A DNA stretch of 64,000 nucleotides from an uncultured Planctomycetota bacterium (GTDB taxonomy: Bacteria; Planctomycetota; Planctomycetia; Isosphaerales; Isosphaeraceae), in contig CAWGMQ010000010.1 of NCBI GenBank assembly GCA_963823665.1, positions 2,272,001 through 2,336,000 on the forward strand. Reading direction: 5' to 3'. Under the pieces are notes generated by a model. It was not told the origin of the DNA. It ran no database searches and worked only from the letters and a program-made list of their open reading frames with translations. Below are positions 28,608 to 37,226 of this stretch, in pieces (the first letter of the stretch is position 1; each line of letters opens with the position of its first letter). Position numbers and translations under genes: made by a program.

Positions 28608-28670
28608 CTACCAAAGTCGCACTTCGCGCCTGAAAAGCGGACGCACTTTCGCGGAGCGAAAGGCGACTTT
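28608..28670. repeat. REP-like interspersed hairpin, copy B (inverted relative to 7381-7440)
   Basis: Reverse complement reads GTCGCCTTTCGCTCCGCGAAAGTGC...GCGACTTTGGTAG. The first 25 bp and last 13 bp are identical to copy A, and it also lies between convergent genes. Confidence 0.75.
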
Positions 28671-29034
28671 AGTTTGGGGCAAACTTGTCCGCGAGTTCCA
28701 GCGTGCCCCACACGAAGAGCCCGACTACGAATCCGGAAACCGCACCGACAAACGTTGCGCTGAGCAAAACCGCCAAGCTCACGCCGTAGTTGGTGGTTGC
28801 GGCAATATACGCCGTCCAACCGTAATACACCACGATTCCCCCCGCGATGCCGCCCAGAATTCCTCCTCCATCCCGCCACCGGTGAATGAGAGCCCCAATG
28901 AGCTGCCCCGGGACGAGAGCAAAAAGGAGTTTCACCGTCAGATCCAATATGCGACAGAGCGCGAAGAACAGCGCGCACCCGGCAACCACGACCATTATCT
29001 GCCCGAGAGTAAAACGCACATTCGGTCGGTTCAT
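28669..29034 (-). CDS. Small membrane protein with planctomycete-type RFTLxxxMxxVA N-terminus
   Basis: 121 aa with about four hydrophobic segments; begins VRFTLGQIMVVVAGCALFFAL. Confidence 0.7.
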   Translation of the reverse strand: MNRPNVRFTLGQIMVVVAGCALFFALCRILDLTVKLLFALVPGQLIGALIHRWRDGGGILGGIAGGIVVYYGWTAYIAATTNYGVSLAVLLSATFVGAVSGFVVGLFVWGTLELADKFAPN

Positions 29035-29073
29035 GGGTGCTGCTCGGAGTGCGGCCGGAAGCGTACGCGATCC

Positions 29074-30519
29074 TCATTCCACGTTGACGCTGTCGAGACC
29101 TGTCGTCGACAGAACGTGGCGCCGGGATTCGACGGCAGGCTCGATCGGCAGCGTCACCATCATCTCCGTGCCGCCGGCCTTTCCACCGTGTGCTTCGATC
29201 GTACCGCCGTGGGCGCCTGCAATCCACTTGCAGATGCTGAGACCCAATCCGCAGCCAAGCGAGGCTCGGGCGGGGTCGACTTGATAGAACCGCTCGAACA
29301 CGTGCGGCAGGTGCTCCGGAGGAATCCCGATGCCGGTGTCCGTGACGCGGAGCACCGCGGCTGCGTCAGTCACCTCCACTCGCACGGTCACGGAGCCGCC
29401 TGCATCTGTGAAGCGGATCGCATTGTCAAGGAGGTTGGTGACCAGTTGCCGGAGCCGTGACGGGTCTCCCTCGATCACCACGGGCTGCGAGCTCTCGGCA
29501 ACGAGACGAACTCCCTTGTCGTCCGCGACCGGCTCGAACATCTCCACCACGTCGCGCACCAGCACAGCCAGATCGACTGATTCTCGTGTGATGGCAATTT
29601 CACCCGCATCGGACCGTGCCAGTAGCAACAGGCCATTCACCAGAGCGGTCAATCGCTCGCACTGGCTACTGAGCGTGCAGAGGGTTTCCTGATACTCGTC
29701 GGGCGCTCGGGGCTTTTGCAAGGCAAGCTCGATCGCCGCTTGCATCGCTCCCAGCGGGCTGCGCAGCTCGTGCGAGGCATCCGCGGTGAAGCGACTAGCC
29801 TGTGTATGAAAGGCCGCCAGGCGGTCGAGCAAGCCGTTGATCGTCGCGGCAAGCTCGTCGAGCTCGTCGCCGGATCCCGTTCGCGGCAAGCGCTCGGAGA
29901 GATTCTTGGCATCCAGTCGCCGGGCCGAGCGGATGCTCTGGGCGATGGGACGCAATGCTTGCCGCGACAGCAAGACGCCCCCCGCGGCGGCAAGGATGAG
30001 CACGGCAAGGGCCCCTCCGGCGATCTGCCGGTCGAATGCTGCGATGGTCTCTTCGGTCTCGGCCAGAGACATCCCCAGCTCGAGCGAAAGCCCCGCGCTC
30101 GCCGAGGTAGCCGTGAGCACGCGGAATTTACTGGAAACGCCCACAAGCTCGATCGTACGGGGCGAACGCGGCGGCGCCGGCCTCGCGGCCAACAGCTCCG
30201 CTGCATTCGTGAGCGGCGAGTGGGAGACTCTCGATCGCTCGCGGAGGACGACAATCAGCCCCTCGGGCTCGTACGCCATGACCTCGCGGCCGATCTCGGC
30301 ATCTAGCTCTTCCCGGCCGCCGGGCCGTTCATCCCTGACGACCGCGAGCAGCTCGGCCGCCTTGCGCTCGAGAAAGGCGTCGTTGCGGGATTCCAGCACG
30401 CGAACCAGCCCAACATGCACACAGAGAAAGCCGGCCGCCATCGTCCCGGCCAGAACCAGGCCCCACCACAGCATGAGCCTGGTTCGCAGCCCAAGCGGCC
30501 TACGTCTCGCGGATGACAT
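29074..30519 (-). CDS. Sensor histidine kinase with HAMP domain (CusS/heavy-metal-sensor-like)
   Basis: Two TM helices, HAMP (GDELDELAATIN), H-box FTADASHELRSPL, N-box NLLDNAIRF, G1 DTGIGI, and FERFYQVD...GLGLSI. Confidence 0.92.
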   Translation of the reverse strand: MSSARRRPLGLRTRLMLWWGLVLAGTMAAGFLCVHVGLVRVLESRNDAFLERKAAELLAVVRDERPGGREELDAEIGREVMAYEPEGLIVVLRERSRVSHSPLTNAAELLAARPAPPRSPRTIELVGVSSKFRVLTATSASAGLSLELGMSLAETEETIAAFDRQIAGGALAVLILAAAGGVLLSRQALRPIAQSIRSARRLDAKNLSERLPRTGSGDELDELAATINGLLDRLAAFHTQASRFTADASHELRSPLGAMQAAIELALQKPRAPDEYQETLCTLSSQCERLTALVNGLLLLARSDAGEIAITRESVDLAVLVRDVVEMFEPVADDKGVRLVAESSQPVVIEGDPSRLRQLVTNLLDNAIRFTDAGGSVTVRVEVTDAAAVLRVTDTGIGIPPEHLPHVFERFYQVDPARASLGCGLGLSICKWIAGAHGGTIEAHGGKAGGTEMMVTLPIEPAVESRRHVLSTTGLDSVNVE

Positions 30520-31171
30520 AGCCCACTCCACGCAGCGTGTGGATCAGGGACCGATCAAACCCGCGATCGACCTTGTTCCTCAGCCGATTGATGTGAACAT
30601 CCACGACGTTCGTCAAGCCGTCGAACTCGTAATTCCACACATGTTCCTGGATCATCGTCCTGCTCACGACTTGCCCTGCGTGGCGCATCAGGTACTGGAG
30701 CAGAACGAATTGCTTGGCGGAAAGATCGATGCGTTTGCCGCTTCGTTCCACCACGCGCGTCGCGGGATCGAGGGACAATTCACCGACCCGCAAGATCGCC
30801 TGAGGGATGTCGGGTCCTCGGCGCAGCACGACCCGGATCCGGGCAAGCAGCTCGGCAAAAGAAAACGGCTTGATCAGGTAGTCGTCCGCACCGGAATCGA
30901 GCCCAGCGACCCGGTCGTCCACCGCGCTCTTCGCGGTCAGGAAGATGGCGGGCGTGCGTACGTCACCATTGCGCAAGCTGCGCAGGAGGTCCAATCCATC
31001 CCGGCCAGGAAGCATGCGATCGAGGATGAGCAAGTCATAAACGCCGGTTGCCGCGTGCACAAAGCCTTCGTTGCCGTCGGTAACGAGGTCGACCGCGAAT
31101 CCGTGTTCGATCAAGCCTCGCTTCAGATACGGCCCCATGTCCGGGTTGTCTTCCACCACCAGCACGCGCAT
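30500..31171 (-). CDS. OmpR-family response regulator (CusR/CopR-like)
   Basis: MRVLVVED, LLILDRMLPG, FLTAK, GADDYLIKPF, and NVVDVHINRLRNKVD...LIHTLRGVGY. Confidence 0.93.
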   Translation of the reverse strand: MRVLVVEDNPDMGPYLKRGLIEHGFAVDLVTDGNEGFVHAATGVYDLLILDRMLPGRDGLDLLRSLRNGDVRTPAIFLTAKSAVDDRVAGLDSGADDYLIKPFSFAELLARIRVVLRRGPDIPQAILRVGELSLDPATRVVERSGKRIDLSAKQFVLLQYLMRHAGQVVSRTMIQEHVWNYEFDGLTNVVDVHINRLRNKVDRGFDRSLIHTLRGVGYVIRET

Positions 31172-31246
31172 CGCCACGAAGCTCCGGGTCAAGATCGCGC
31201 AAGTTCCCGCACGTCACATTCTAATCGGCGCGACCGCTCCATGGGG

Positions 31247-31268
31247 AAGATTACAGTCCTGTCATCTT
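31247..31268. promoter_or_regulatory. CusR/CopR-box-like inverted repeat
   Basis: AAGATTACA-GTCC-TGTCATCTT (9-bp arms, 1 mismatch), matching the ATGACA-N4-TGTCAT core, between the regulator and the divergent DUF1559 gene. Confidence 0.65.
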
Positions 31269-31346
31269 GACGCCACGCTCCGGTCATGTCGCAGAACTAT
31301 ACTGGTTTCCCTTGCAGATCGAGATTGCCGTTTTCGAAGGCTGCGA

Positions 31347-32273
31347 ATGCAGAATCGACGTCTAATCAGCAAAGCGATGCCGGGTTTCACGTTGATCGAG
31401 CTCCTGGTGGTCGTCACGATCATCAGCGTGTTGATCGCGCTCTTGCTGCCCGCGGTGCAAGGCGCTCGCGAAGGCGCGCGACGAGCACAGTGTATCAATA
31501 ACCTCAAGCAGCTTGGGCTGGCACTCCACAACTACGAGAACGCGACTCGGGTTTTCCCGCCGGGTTACATCTCGAATTTCGATGCAAGTGGAAACGACAC
31601 CGGCCCGGGCTGGGGCTGGGTTGGCATGATTCTGCCGCAATTCGAGCAACGGTCGCTTTTTGATGCGGTCAACTTCACGCGAGCGATCGAGGATACTTCG
31701 AACGCGAGCTGCCTCGGTCCGCGACTCTCGGTCTGCCTTTGTCCGTCGGATGATGCTCCGCTGTCGTGGCTGGCCGTGGCGCGCGATGCCAGCGGCAATC
31801 CGGTCCGGAGCATCTGCCAGGTGCCGTCGGCGAACTACGTGGGCATGTACGGGACGAGCGACCCGGGAATCGACGGCGGCGGCATCTTTTTCCGCGACAG
31901 CAATATCGGCATCCCCAACATCACCGACGGAACGGCGCAGACGATCGCCGTCGGCGAGCGAGGCCATGCGCTCGGCGAAGCGACGTGGGTCGGATCGGTG
32001 ACTGGTGCGTCGCTTTATCCCGTGGATGACGACGGAGTGGGTTATCCGCGAGTGGAGAGCGGCCCGGGGATGATCCTGGGACACGCCGGCGGTAGTCTCG
32101 GCCCGGGCGACCCGAACGGCGAAGTCAACCAGTTCTACAGCCGGCATCCCGGCGGCGTGAACTTCCTTTTTGCCGACGGTCACGTCTCGTTCCTCAAGAC
32201 GTCGATGCCCAACCTGACCTTCCGCGCCCTCGCCACGCGGGCGGGCGGCGAGATGATCTCCGGAGATTATTGA
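31347..32273 (+). CDS. DUF1559 domain protein with prepilin-type N-terminal cleavage/methylation site
   Basis: GFTLIELLVVVTIISVLIALLLPAVQGAREGARRAQCINNLKQLGLALHNY...CPSD...ITDGTAQT...SRHPGGVNFLFADGHV (H-X9-DG). Confidence 0.93.
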   Translation: MQNRRLISKAMPGFTLIELLVVVTIISVLIALLLPAVQGAREGARRAQCINNLKQLGLALHNYENATRVFPPGYISNFDASGNDTGPGWGWVGMILPQFEQRSLFDAVNFTRAIEDTSNASCLGPRLSVCLCPSDDAPLSWLAVARDASGNPVRSICQVPSANYVGMYGTSDPGIDGGGIFFRDSNIGIPNITDGTAQTIAVGERGHALGEATWVGSVTGASLYPVDDDGVGYPRVESGPGMILGHAGGSLGPGDPNGEVNQFYSRHPGGVNFLFADGHVSFLKTSMPNLTFRALATRAGGEMISGDY

Positions 32274-32548
32274 TCATGCGCCATGTCCAGATCGGTGTCT
32301 TGATGCTGATTTTCACCGCCGGCTGCGCAGGTTCTCCGCCGAAGAGCGACCCGGTCATCCCCATCGACGAGGTGCCGCCAATCGTCATGGAGACTGCCAA
32401 GAAGACTCTCCCGGGCTACACGTTCGACACCGTCTACAAGATGAAGGTCAACGGCAAGGATGCCTACGAGGTTCGCGGCAAGGACAATCGAGGCAAGGTC
32501 CGTGAAGTCGAGGTGAGTGCCGACGGCGAGGTGCTCGAGATCGAGTAA
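32270..32548 (+). CDS. Small lipoprotein with PepSY-like/beta-lactamase-inhibitor-like domain
   Basis: Lipobox-like FTAGC, then IDEVPPIVMETAKK...YEVRG...GKVREVEVSADGEVLEIE. Overlaps the DUF1559 stop (TTGA). Confidence 0.75.
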   Translation: MIMRHVQIGVLMLIFTAGCAGSPPKSDPVIPIDEVPPIVMETAKKTLPGYTFDTVYKMKVNGKDAYEVRGKDNRGKVREVEVSADGEVLEIE

Positions 32549-32681
32549 GCCAGTCCCGGCAGAGCTAGTCACCATTCCATCATGATGTTAGAATCAGTCG
32601 GCCAGGGGTGACCTGGTAAGGAAGGCATCAAACGAACGACAGATTGCTTCACGGTTGAGCGGGGCTCTGCGGAGGAACGGG

Positions 32682-34352
32682 ATGCAGCTCAGGCAAGGAC
32701 GCCAGGGGTCGGGGTTTCGTTTGCGGCGCCTGGCCGCCCTTCCCGAACCCGCTTCGACAACGGAACTGGCTTCGATCTCCGGCTCGCCGCTTTCGCGCCG
32801 GGAGCTCGCCCTGGGAACCCTGGTCTTCCTCGGGTTCTTCACGCTGTTTCTGCTCAAAGCACCCGGCGTGGGGTTTTACTTCACCAGCTCCGACCACGGG
32901 TTTCAGCTCAGCGTCGGCACGCAGGTGTTACTCGGCAGAGTGCCCGGCACCGACGTCGTCATCGGCTATGGACCGCTCGTGATGTACACGAGCGCGCTCG
33001 GGCTCTGGCTGACCAGTTACTCGTTGATCGGTGAGACAATCATCTGTTCGATCGGGCACGCGTTTTCGCTCTTCCTGATCTATCATCTTGTTTCGCGCTA
33101 CGCGTCGAAGCGCCTGGGGCTCGTTGCGGCGGGATTTGGCTTCTTACTTCAGATCCGTCTCTACAAGTGGTACGTCTGGCTGATTCCACTGGCCGTGCTC
33201 TGGGTCTGGCATCGTTTCTTGAATGCCCGGCCCCAGCAGCGAGGGCGCTGGATCGCCGCGACCGGATCGATCCTGGGCGCATGCTGGCTCTACCGGCCCG
33301 ATTTCGGGACGACCGAGACGGCGGTCGTTGTCGTTCTCCTGGGCCTCTTCGAGGCCTGCAAACCTGGGCGAACCGCAGGCCGCGTGGTCAAAGCGCTGGG
33401 GATTCTCATCGCGTCCGCTTCGGTGCTTCCTCTGGCATGGCTCGGCTACCTGGCCTTGGACGTTGGCTTGGGTGCTCCGTTTACATACCTTGAGACCACG
33501 GTGACGGCAGCCCTGGCGGTTTCGCGAGGACTCGCGCATCCGCCTCCGCCGATCCGGAGCGTCTTGCTGGCGCACGCGCTGCTCCCGGCAACGTACCTCT
33601 TCGTCGTGGGTGCCTGCTTGCTCCGTATCAAGAAAGGCTTGCGCGATGCATTTTCCTGGTTCTTGCTCGCTTCCGCCATGGCTGGACTCGCGTGCGAGCA
33701 CCAATCCCTGCATCGCATGGACCCGGGCCACCTTTTGCAGGTGCTCTCGCCGGCGATCGTCTGTGCTGGGCTGCTGGCATCGTGGATGATCCGAGGGCTC
33801 GACGGTCTGGTGCAGAGCGGGCGGCTCAGGCTCTGCGCACGCTGGGCCGGTGTGGGTTACGCGCTCGTCCTGGCATTGCTCGGCATGAAGCTCGCGCGGT
33901 TTGGTCAGGTTGATCTCGACCCATTCTCATTCTGGCCGTACGAGCGGTACGCTCGCCTGGCGAGCCCCCTGAGCGACGCCGCGACTGACCCGCGAGCGGC
34001 CGCGGCGGCCTTTGTTGCACGGCAGACCAGCACTTCCGACTCGATCCTGGTTTTCCCACTGAACCCGCAGTTCTACTCCTTTGCGCAGCGGCGGATCAGC
34101 GGGCGGCTGCACGCGTATTATCCTGGGGTCCTGGACACGCCGCGGTGTCAAGCCGACAACCTGGCGGCGATCCAAGCCGATATGCCCACGGTGGTGATTG
34201 TCCCTTCCGACTGGGACAGTACCCAGGAGGGTGTCGGTGACGAACTCGTGCGCGACTGCCGGAGATCTCACGCATACGTCGAACACTTCATTCGCCAGAA
34301 TTATCCGCGCGTCGTGCTCAACAGCGGCGGAAACATGGTACTGAGCCGCTGA
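32682..34352 (+). CDS. Polytopic membrane protein, probable GT-C glycosyltransferase
   Basis: About 11-12 TM helices, an acidic residue in the first external loop (SSDHG...YGPL) and a soluble C-terminal domain. Converges on a GtrB-like GT2. Start uncertain (32655 or 32682). Confidence 0.55.
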   Translation: MQLRQGRQGSGFRLRRLAALPEPASTTELASISGSPLSRRELALGTLVFLGFFTLFLLKAPGVGFYFTSSDHGFQLSVGTQVLLGRVPGTDVVIGYGPLVMYTSALGLWLTSYSLIGETIICSIGHAFSLFLIYHLVSRYASKRLGLVAAGFGFLLQIRLYKWYVWLIPLAVLWVWHRFLNARPQQRGRWIAATGSILGACWLYRPDFGTTETAVVVVLLGLFEACKPGRTAGRVVKALGILIASASVLPLAWLGYLALDVGLGAPFTYLETTVTAALAVSRGLAHPPPPIRSVLLAHALLPATYLFVVGACLLRIKKGLRDAFSWFLLASAMAGLACEHQSLHRMDPGHLLQVLSPAIVCAGLLASWMIRGLDGLVQSGRLRLCARWAGVGYALVLALLGMKLARFGQVDLDPFSFWPYERYARLASPLSDAATDPRAAAAAFVARQTSTSDSILVFPLNPQFYSFAQRRISGRLHAYYPGVLDTPRCQADNLAAIQADMPTVVIVPSDWDSTQEGVGDELVRDCRRSHAYVEHFIRQNYPRVVLNSGGNMVLSR

Positions 34353-34492
34353 TTCCTGCGTGATCTCAAGCTCACGATGTGTAGTTTGAATCGGGACGCT
34401 CGACCGAACGTCGCGTGGGTATGGCGGCCGGTCGACTGGCACGCACAGCGGGCGATTGAGCCGGGTCGGCGCGGGTAACCCGGCGATGCGAG

Positions 34493-35494
34493 TCAGCCGA
34501 GGTCGCGGCTTGGCCATCGTCCGTCCCGATGCGCTCGATCGTCGCCGGAGCCACGCTGCCGGACGCTTCTCACGGTGTATTGGGGCTTGCGGTTCACATT
34601 GAGATGCAGCCGGCCGAGATACTCGCCGATCATGCCGAGGGCCAGCAGTTGCGTGCCGCCAACCACCAGGATCGCGATGATTGTTGATGCATACCCCGGC
34701 ACGCTGATGCGGGAGCGAAGGAACTCGAAGAGATAGAACAAGGCCGCGCAGAACCCGCTGGCGGAAAGCGCCAGGCCGAACCACGAGACGATTCGCAGCG
34801 GCAACAGGGTGAAGTTCGTGAACAAGTTGAGCGCCAGAATGATCAGCTTGGCGACGTTGTACCCGGAGCGCCCCGCCGCCCGCGTGTGATGCTCCACCTG
34901 CACCTGGCCGATGCGCTGCGTATTCCACGCAAGCAGCCCGTCGACGAAAGTGAAGTTCCAGTCGTAGGAAAGGATGCTCAGCAAGAGCGGCCGGTGAATT
35001 GCGCGGAATGACGTGATGGTCACATCGTTCTGGAAAGTGAATCGGTAGAACGCGCCGACCAGCGCCGAGCCGGCGTTCCTCCAGGCGCTGTGGCGTTTGG
35101 ACGAGTAGACGCCGTAGACCAGATCAAACCTGCCGGTGCGGATCTTCTCGATGAGCTTGGGAATCTCCTCGGGCGGGTTCTGCAGGTCGTCGTCGAGCGT
35201 GATGATAAATTCGCCTCCGGCGTGGCGAAACCCGCACATGAGGGCGTTGTGCTGCCCGTAGTTGCGCATGAGCTGGATCACGACGACTCGATCCGGGTTG
35301 GCCGCCTGGAGGTCGAGGAGCAACCGGAAGGATCCGTCTCCGCCGCCGTCTTCGACGAACACCAGCTCGTAAGGCAGACCAGTCGCTTCGAGCGTGCGCG
35401 ATAGACGCTCCACGAGCGCAGGCAGCGACGCTTCAGATCGATAGACCGGCACAACCACCGAGACTAAAGCTCTGGACATCGACGACTCCGTCAC
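34493..35494 (-). CDS. GT2 polyprenol-phosphate glycosyltransferase (GtrB/ArnC-like)
   Basis: SVVVPVYRS, VEDGGGD, RNYGQHNALMCG, TLDDDLQNPPEEI, two C-terminal TM helices and GMIGEYLGR. Confidence 0.9.
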   Translation of the reverse strand: MTESSMSRALVSVVVPVYRSEASLPALVERLSRTLEATGLPYELVFVEDGGGDGSFRLLLDLQAANPDRVVVIQLMRNYGQHNALMCGFRHAGGEFIITLDDDLQNPPEEIPKLIEKIRTGRFDLVYGVYSSKRHSAWRNAGSALVGAFYRFTFQNDVTITSFRAIHRPLLLSILSYDWNFTFVDGLLAWNTQRIGQVQVEHHTRAAGRSGYNVAKLIILALNLFTNFTLLPLRIVSWFGLALSASGFCAALFYLFEFLRSRISVPGYASTIIAILVVGGTQLLALGMIGEYLGRLHLNVNRKPQYTVRSVRQRGSGDDRAHRDGRWPSRDLG

Positions 35495-35541
35495 GAGATC
35501 CGCTCGAGCCCGCCCTGGATCTCGCGCTCTCGAGGATCCGC

Positions 35542-36771
35542 CTAGGCCGCGAGAATGTGGGCGCCCTTCGTATGCTTCTGAAGGTAATGGCGGATCTCTT
35601 TGACAACTCGAGTCTGCTCTTCCTCCGTGATCGCATGAAAGAGCGGCAGTCGCAGCAGGCGACGGCTCAAGTCTTCGGTCACGGGGAGATCGCCCTCGCG
35701 GTAGCCATAACGCCGACCCATCGGCGAGGAATGCAGGGGCACATAATGAAACACGGCCAGGATCTCCTCGGAGAGGAGATGCTCGATCAAGGCATCGCGC
35801 ACTGCCTGGCAGGCGACGATGATGTAAAAGAGATGGTGATTGCTGTGGCAGTCCGCCGGCACATACGGCAGACGCAACAGCCCTTGCGCTTCCAGCGGAG
35901 CAAGCTGCTCTCGATAGAACTCGAATCGCCGCCGCCGCACCTCGGTGATTTCGTCCATCATCTCCAGTTGTGCATACAGGAACGCCGAGCAGATCTCACT
36001 GGGGACGTAGCTCGAGCCGATATCGACCCAGGTGTACTTGTCGACCTGGCCGCGATAGAACTGCTTGCGATTGGTGCCCTTGTCGCGGAGGATCTCCGCT
36101 CGTTCGAGCAAGCCGGGATCGTTGACACAAAGCGCGCCGCCCTCGCCGCAGATGAAGTTCTTCGTTTCGTGGAAGCTGAAGGCGCCCAGGTCGCCGATCG
36201 ATCCCAGTGCACGGCCGTTTTGAAAAGCATTGACTCCTTGAGCGGCGTCCTCGATGACCTTGAGTCCACGGTCGCGTGCAATCTCCATGATGCGATCCAT
36301 CCGGCATCCGATTCCGGCGTAGTGCACGGGCAGGATGGCCTTGGTGCGCGGGGTGATCGCCGATTCGATCTTCGTTTCGTCGATATTAAGTGATTCGCGG
36401 CGGATGTCGACGAAGACGGGGCGGGCCCCCAGGCGCGCGACGGCATTGGCGGTCGAGACAAAGGTGAACGACGGCAGGATCGCTTCATCCCCCGGCCCCA
36501 GGCCCGCGAGGATCGCGGCGGTTTCGAGCGCCGCGGTACATGACGGAGTCAACAAGACATGAGGAATCCCGAATTGTCGCTCGAGCAGTTGGGCGCACGC
36601 CTTCGTGAAATATCCGTCGCCGCCGATATTCCCCTTGGTCACGGCCTCGGCAATGTATTCAAGCTCTCTACCGACAATGAACGGCTTGTTGAACGGGATC
36701 GACCGTGAAGCGCCGCGATCTTCGCCTCGCGTGTGCTCGGCGGTCCGATCATGAGCGGACATGACGCTCAC
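35542..36771 (-). CDS. rffA: dTDP-4-amino-4,6-dideoxygalactose transaminase (DegT/DnrJ family)
   Basis: IPFNKP, LLTPSCTAALE, PSFTFVSTANA, PVHYAG, EDAAQG, FSFHETKN..CGEGGAL, KGTNR..F.RGQVDKYTWVDIGSSY and VFHYVPLH. Also known as wecE. Confidence 0.92.
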   Translation of the reverse strand: MSVMSAHDRTAEHTRGEDRGASRSIPFNKPFIVGRELEYIAEAVTKGNIGGDGYFTKACAQLLERQFGIPHVLLTPSCTAALETAAILAGLGPGDEAILPSFTFVSTANAVARLGARPVFVDIRRESLNIDETKIESAITPRTKAILPVHYAGIGCRMDRIMEIARDRGLKVIEDAAQGVNAFQNGRALGSIGDLGAFSFHETKNFICGEGGALCVNDPGLLERAEILRDKGTNRKQFYRGQVDKYTWVDIGSSYVPSEICSAFLYAQLEMMDEITEVRRRRFEFYREQLAPLEAQGLLRLPYVPADCHSNHHLFYIIVACQAVRDALIEHLLSEEILAVFHYVPLHSSPMGRRYGYREGDLPVTEDLSRRLLRLPLFHAITEEEQTRVVKEIRHYLQKHTKGAHILAA

Positions 36772-37226
36772 CCCGCATTCTCTGGAGCCGGCCGGCTTGA
36801 GCGGCCCTTCTGTCAGGCAGTCGGCGGTCGATTGCTCTGTCTGTCGCGGTCCTGACTCAGAAACCCGGCAGCGGCAATCCCACTCCCGGGATGCGCCACA
36901 TCATCACGCCGGGTGGGGCGACATCCTAGATCGGTGCATCAATTCGGTCAACCCGCATAACCTTCCGGACCCTCCATCACGGCATCCAAACCGAGGGCAC
37001 AGCCGACAACCGCGGCACAGCCGGATTCAACCCGCGCCGAGCCCGGGTTGATGCCGCCGTCGCTACCCGATGAAACGCGGCGTCCCTGCGACATCCGCTC
37101 AAGCCATCCTGAACCGTAAAGAATCGTCAAATCCAGGTTTTCCTGGCTGCTCTAAGTTCCGAATTACGATAATATTTCGAACACTCACTCCTACCTAATC
37201 TTCAGGAAGTTTGCTCGGTGGGGCAG

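Noticed and set aside
36772..37226. Structured ncRNA or riboswitch in the 450-bp divergent intergenic region
   Set aside because: Only a short hairpin (TCAACCCG...CGGGTTGA near 37027-37051) and short repeats are visible, and I recognise no RNA family. A covariance-model search would be needed.
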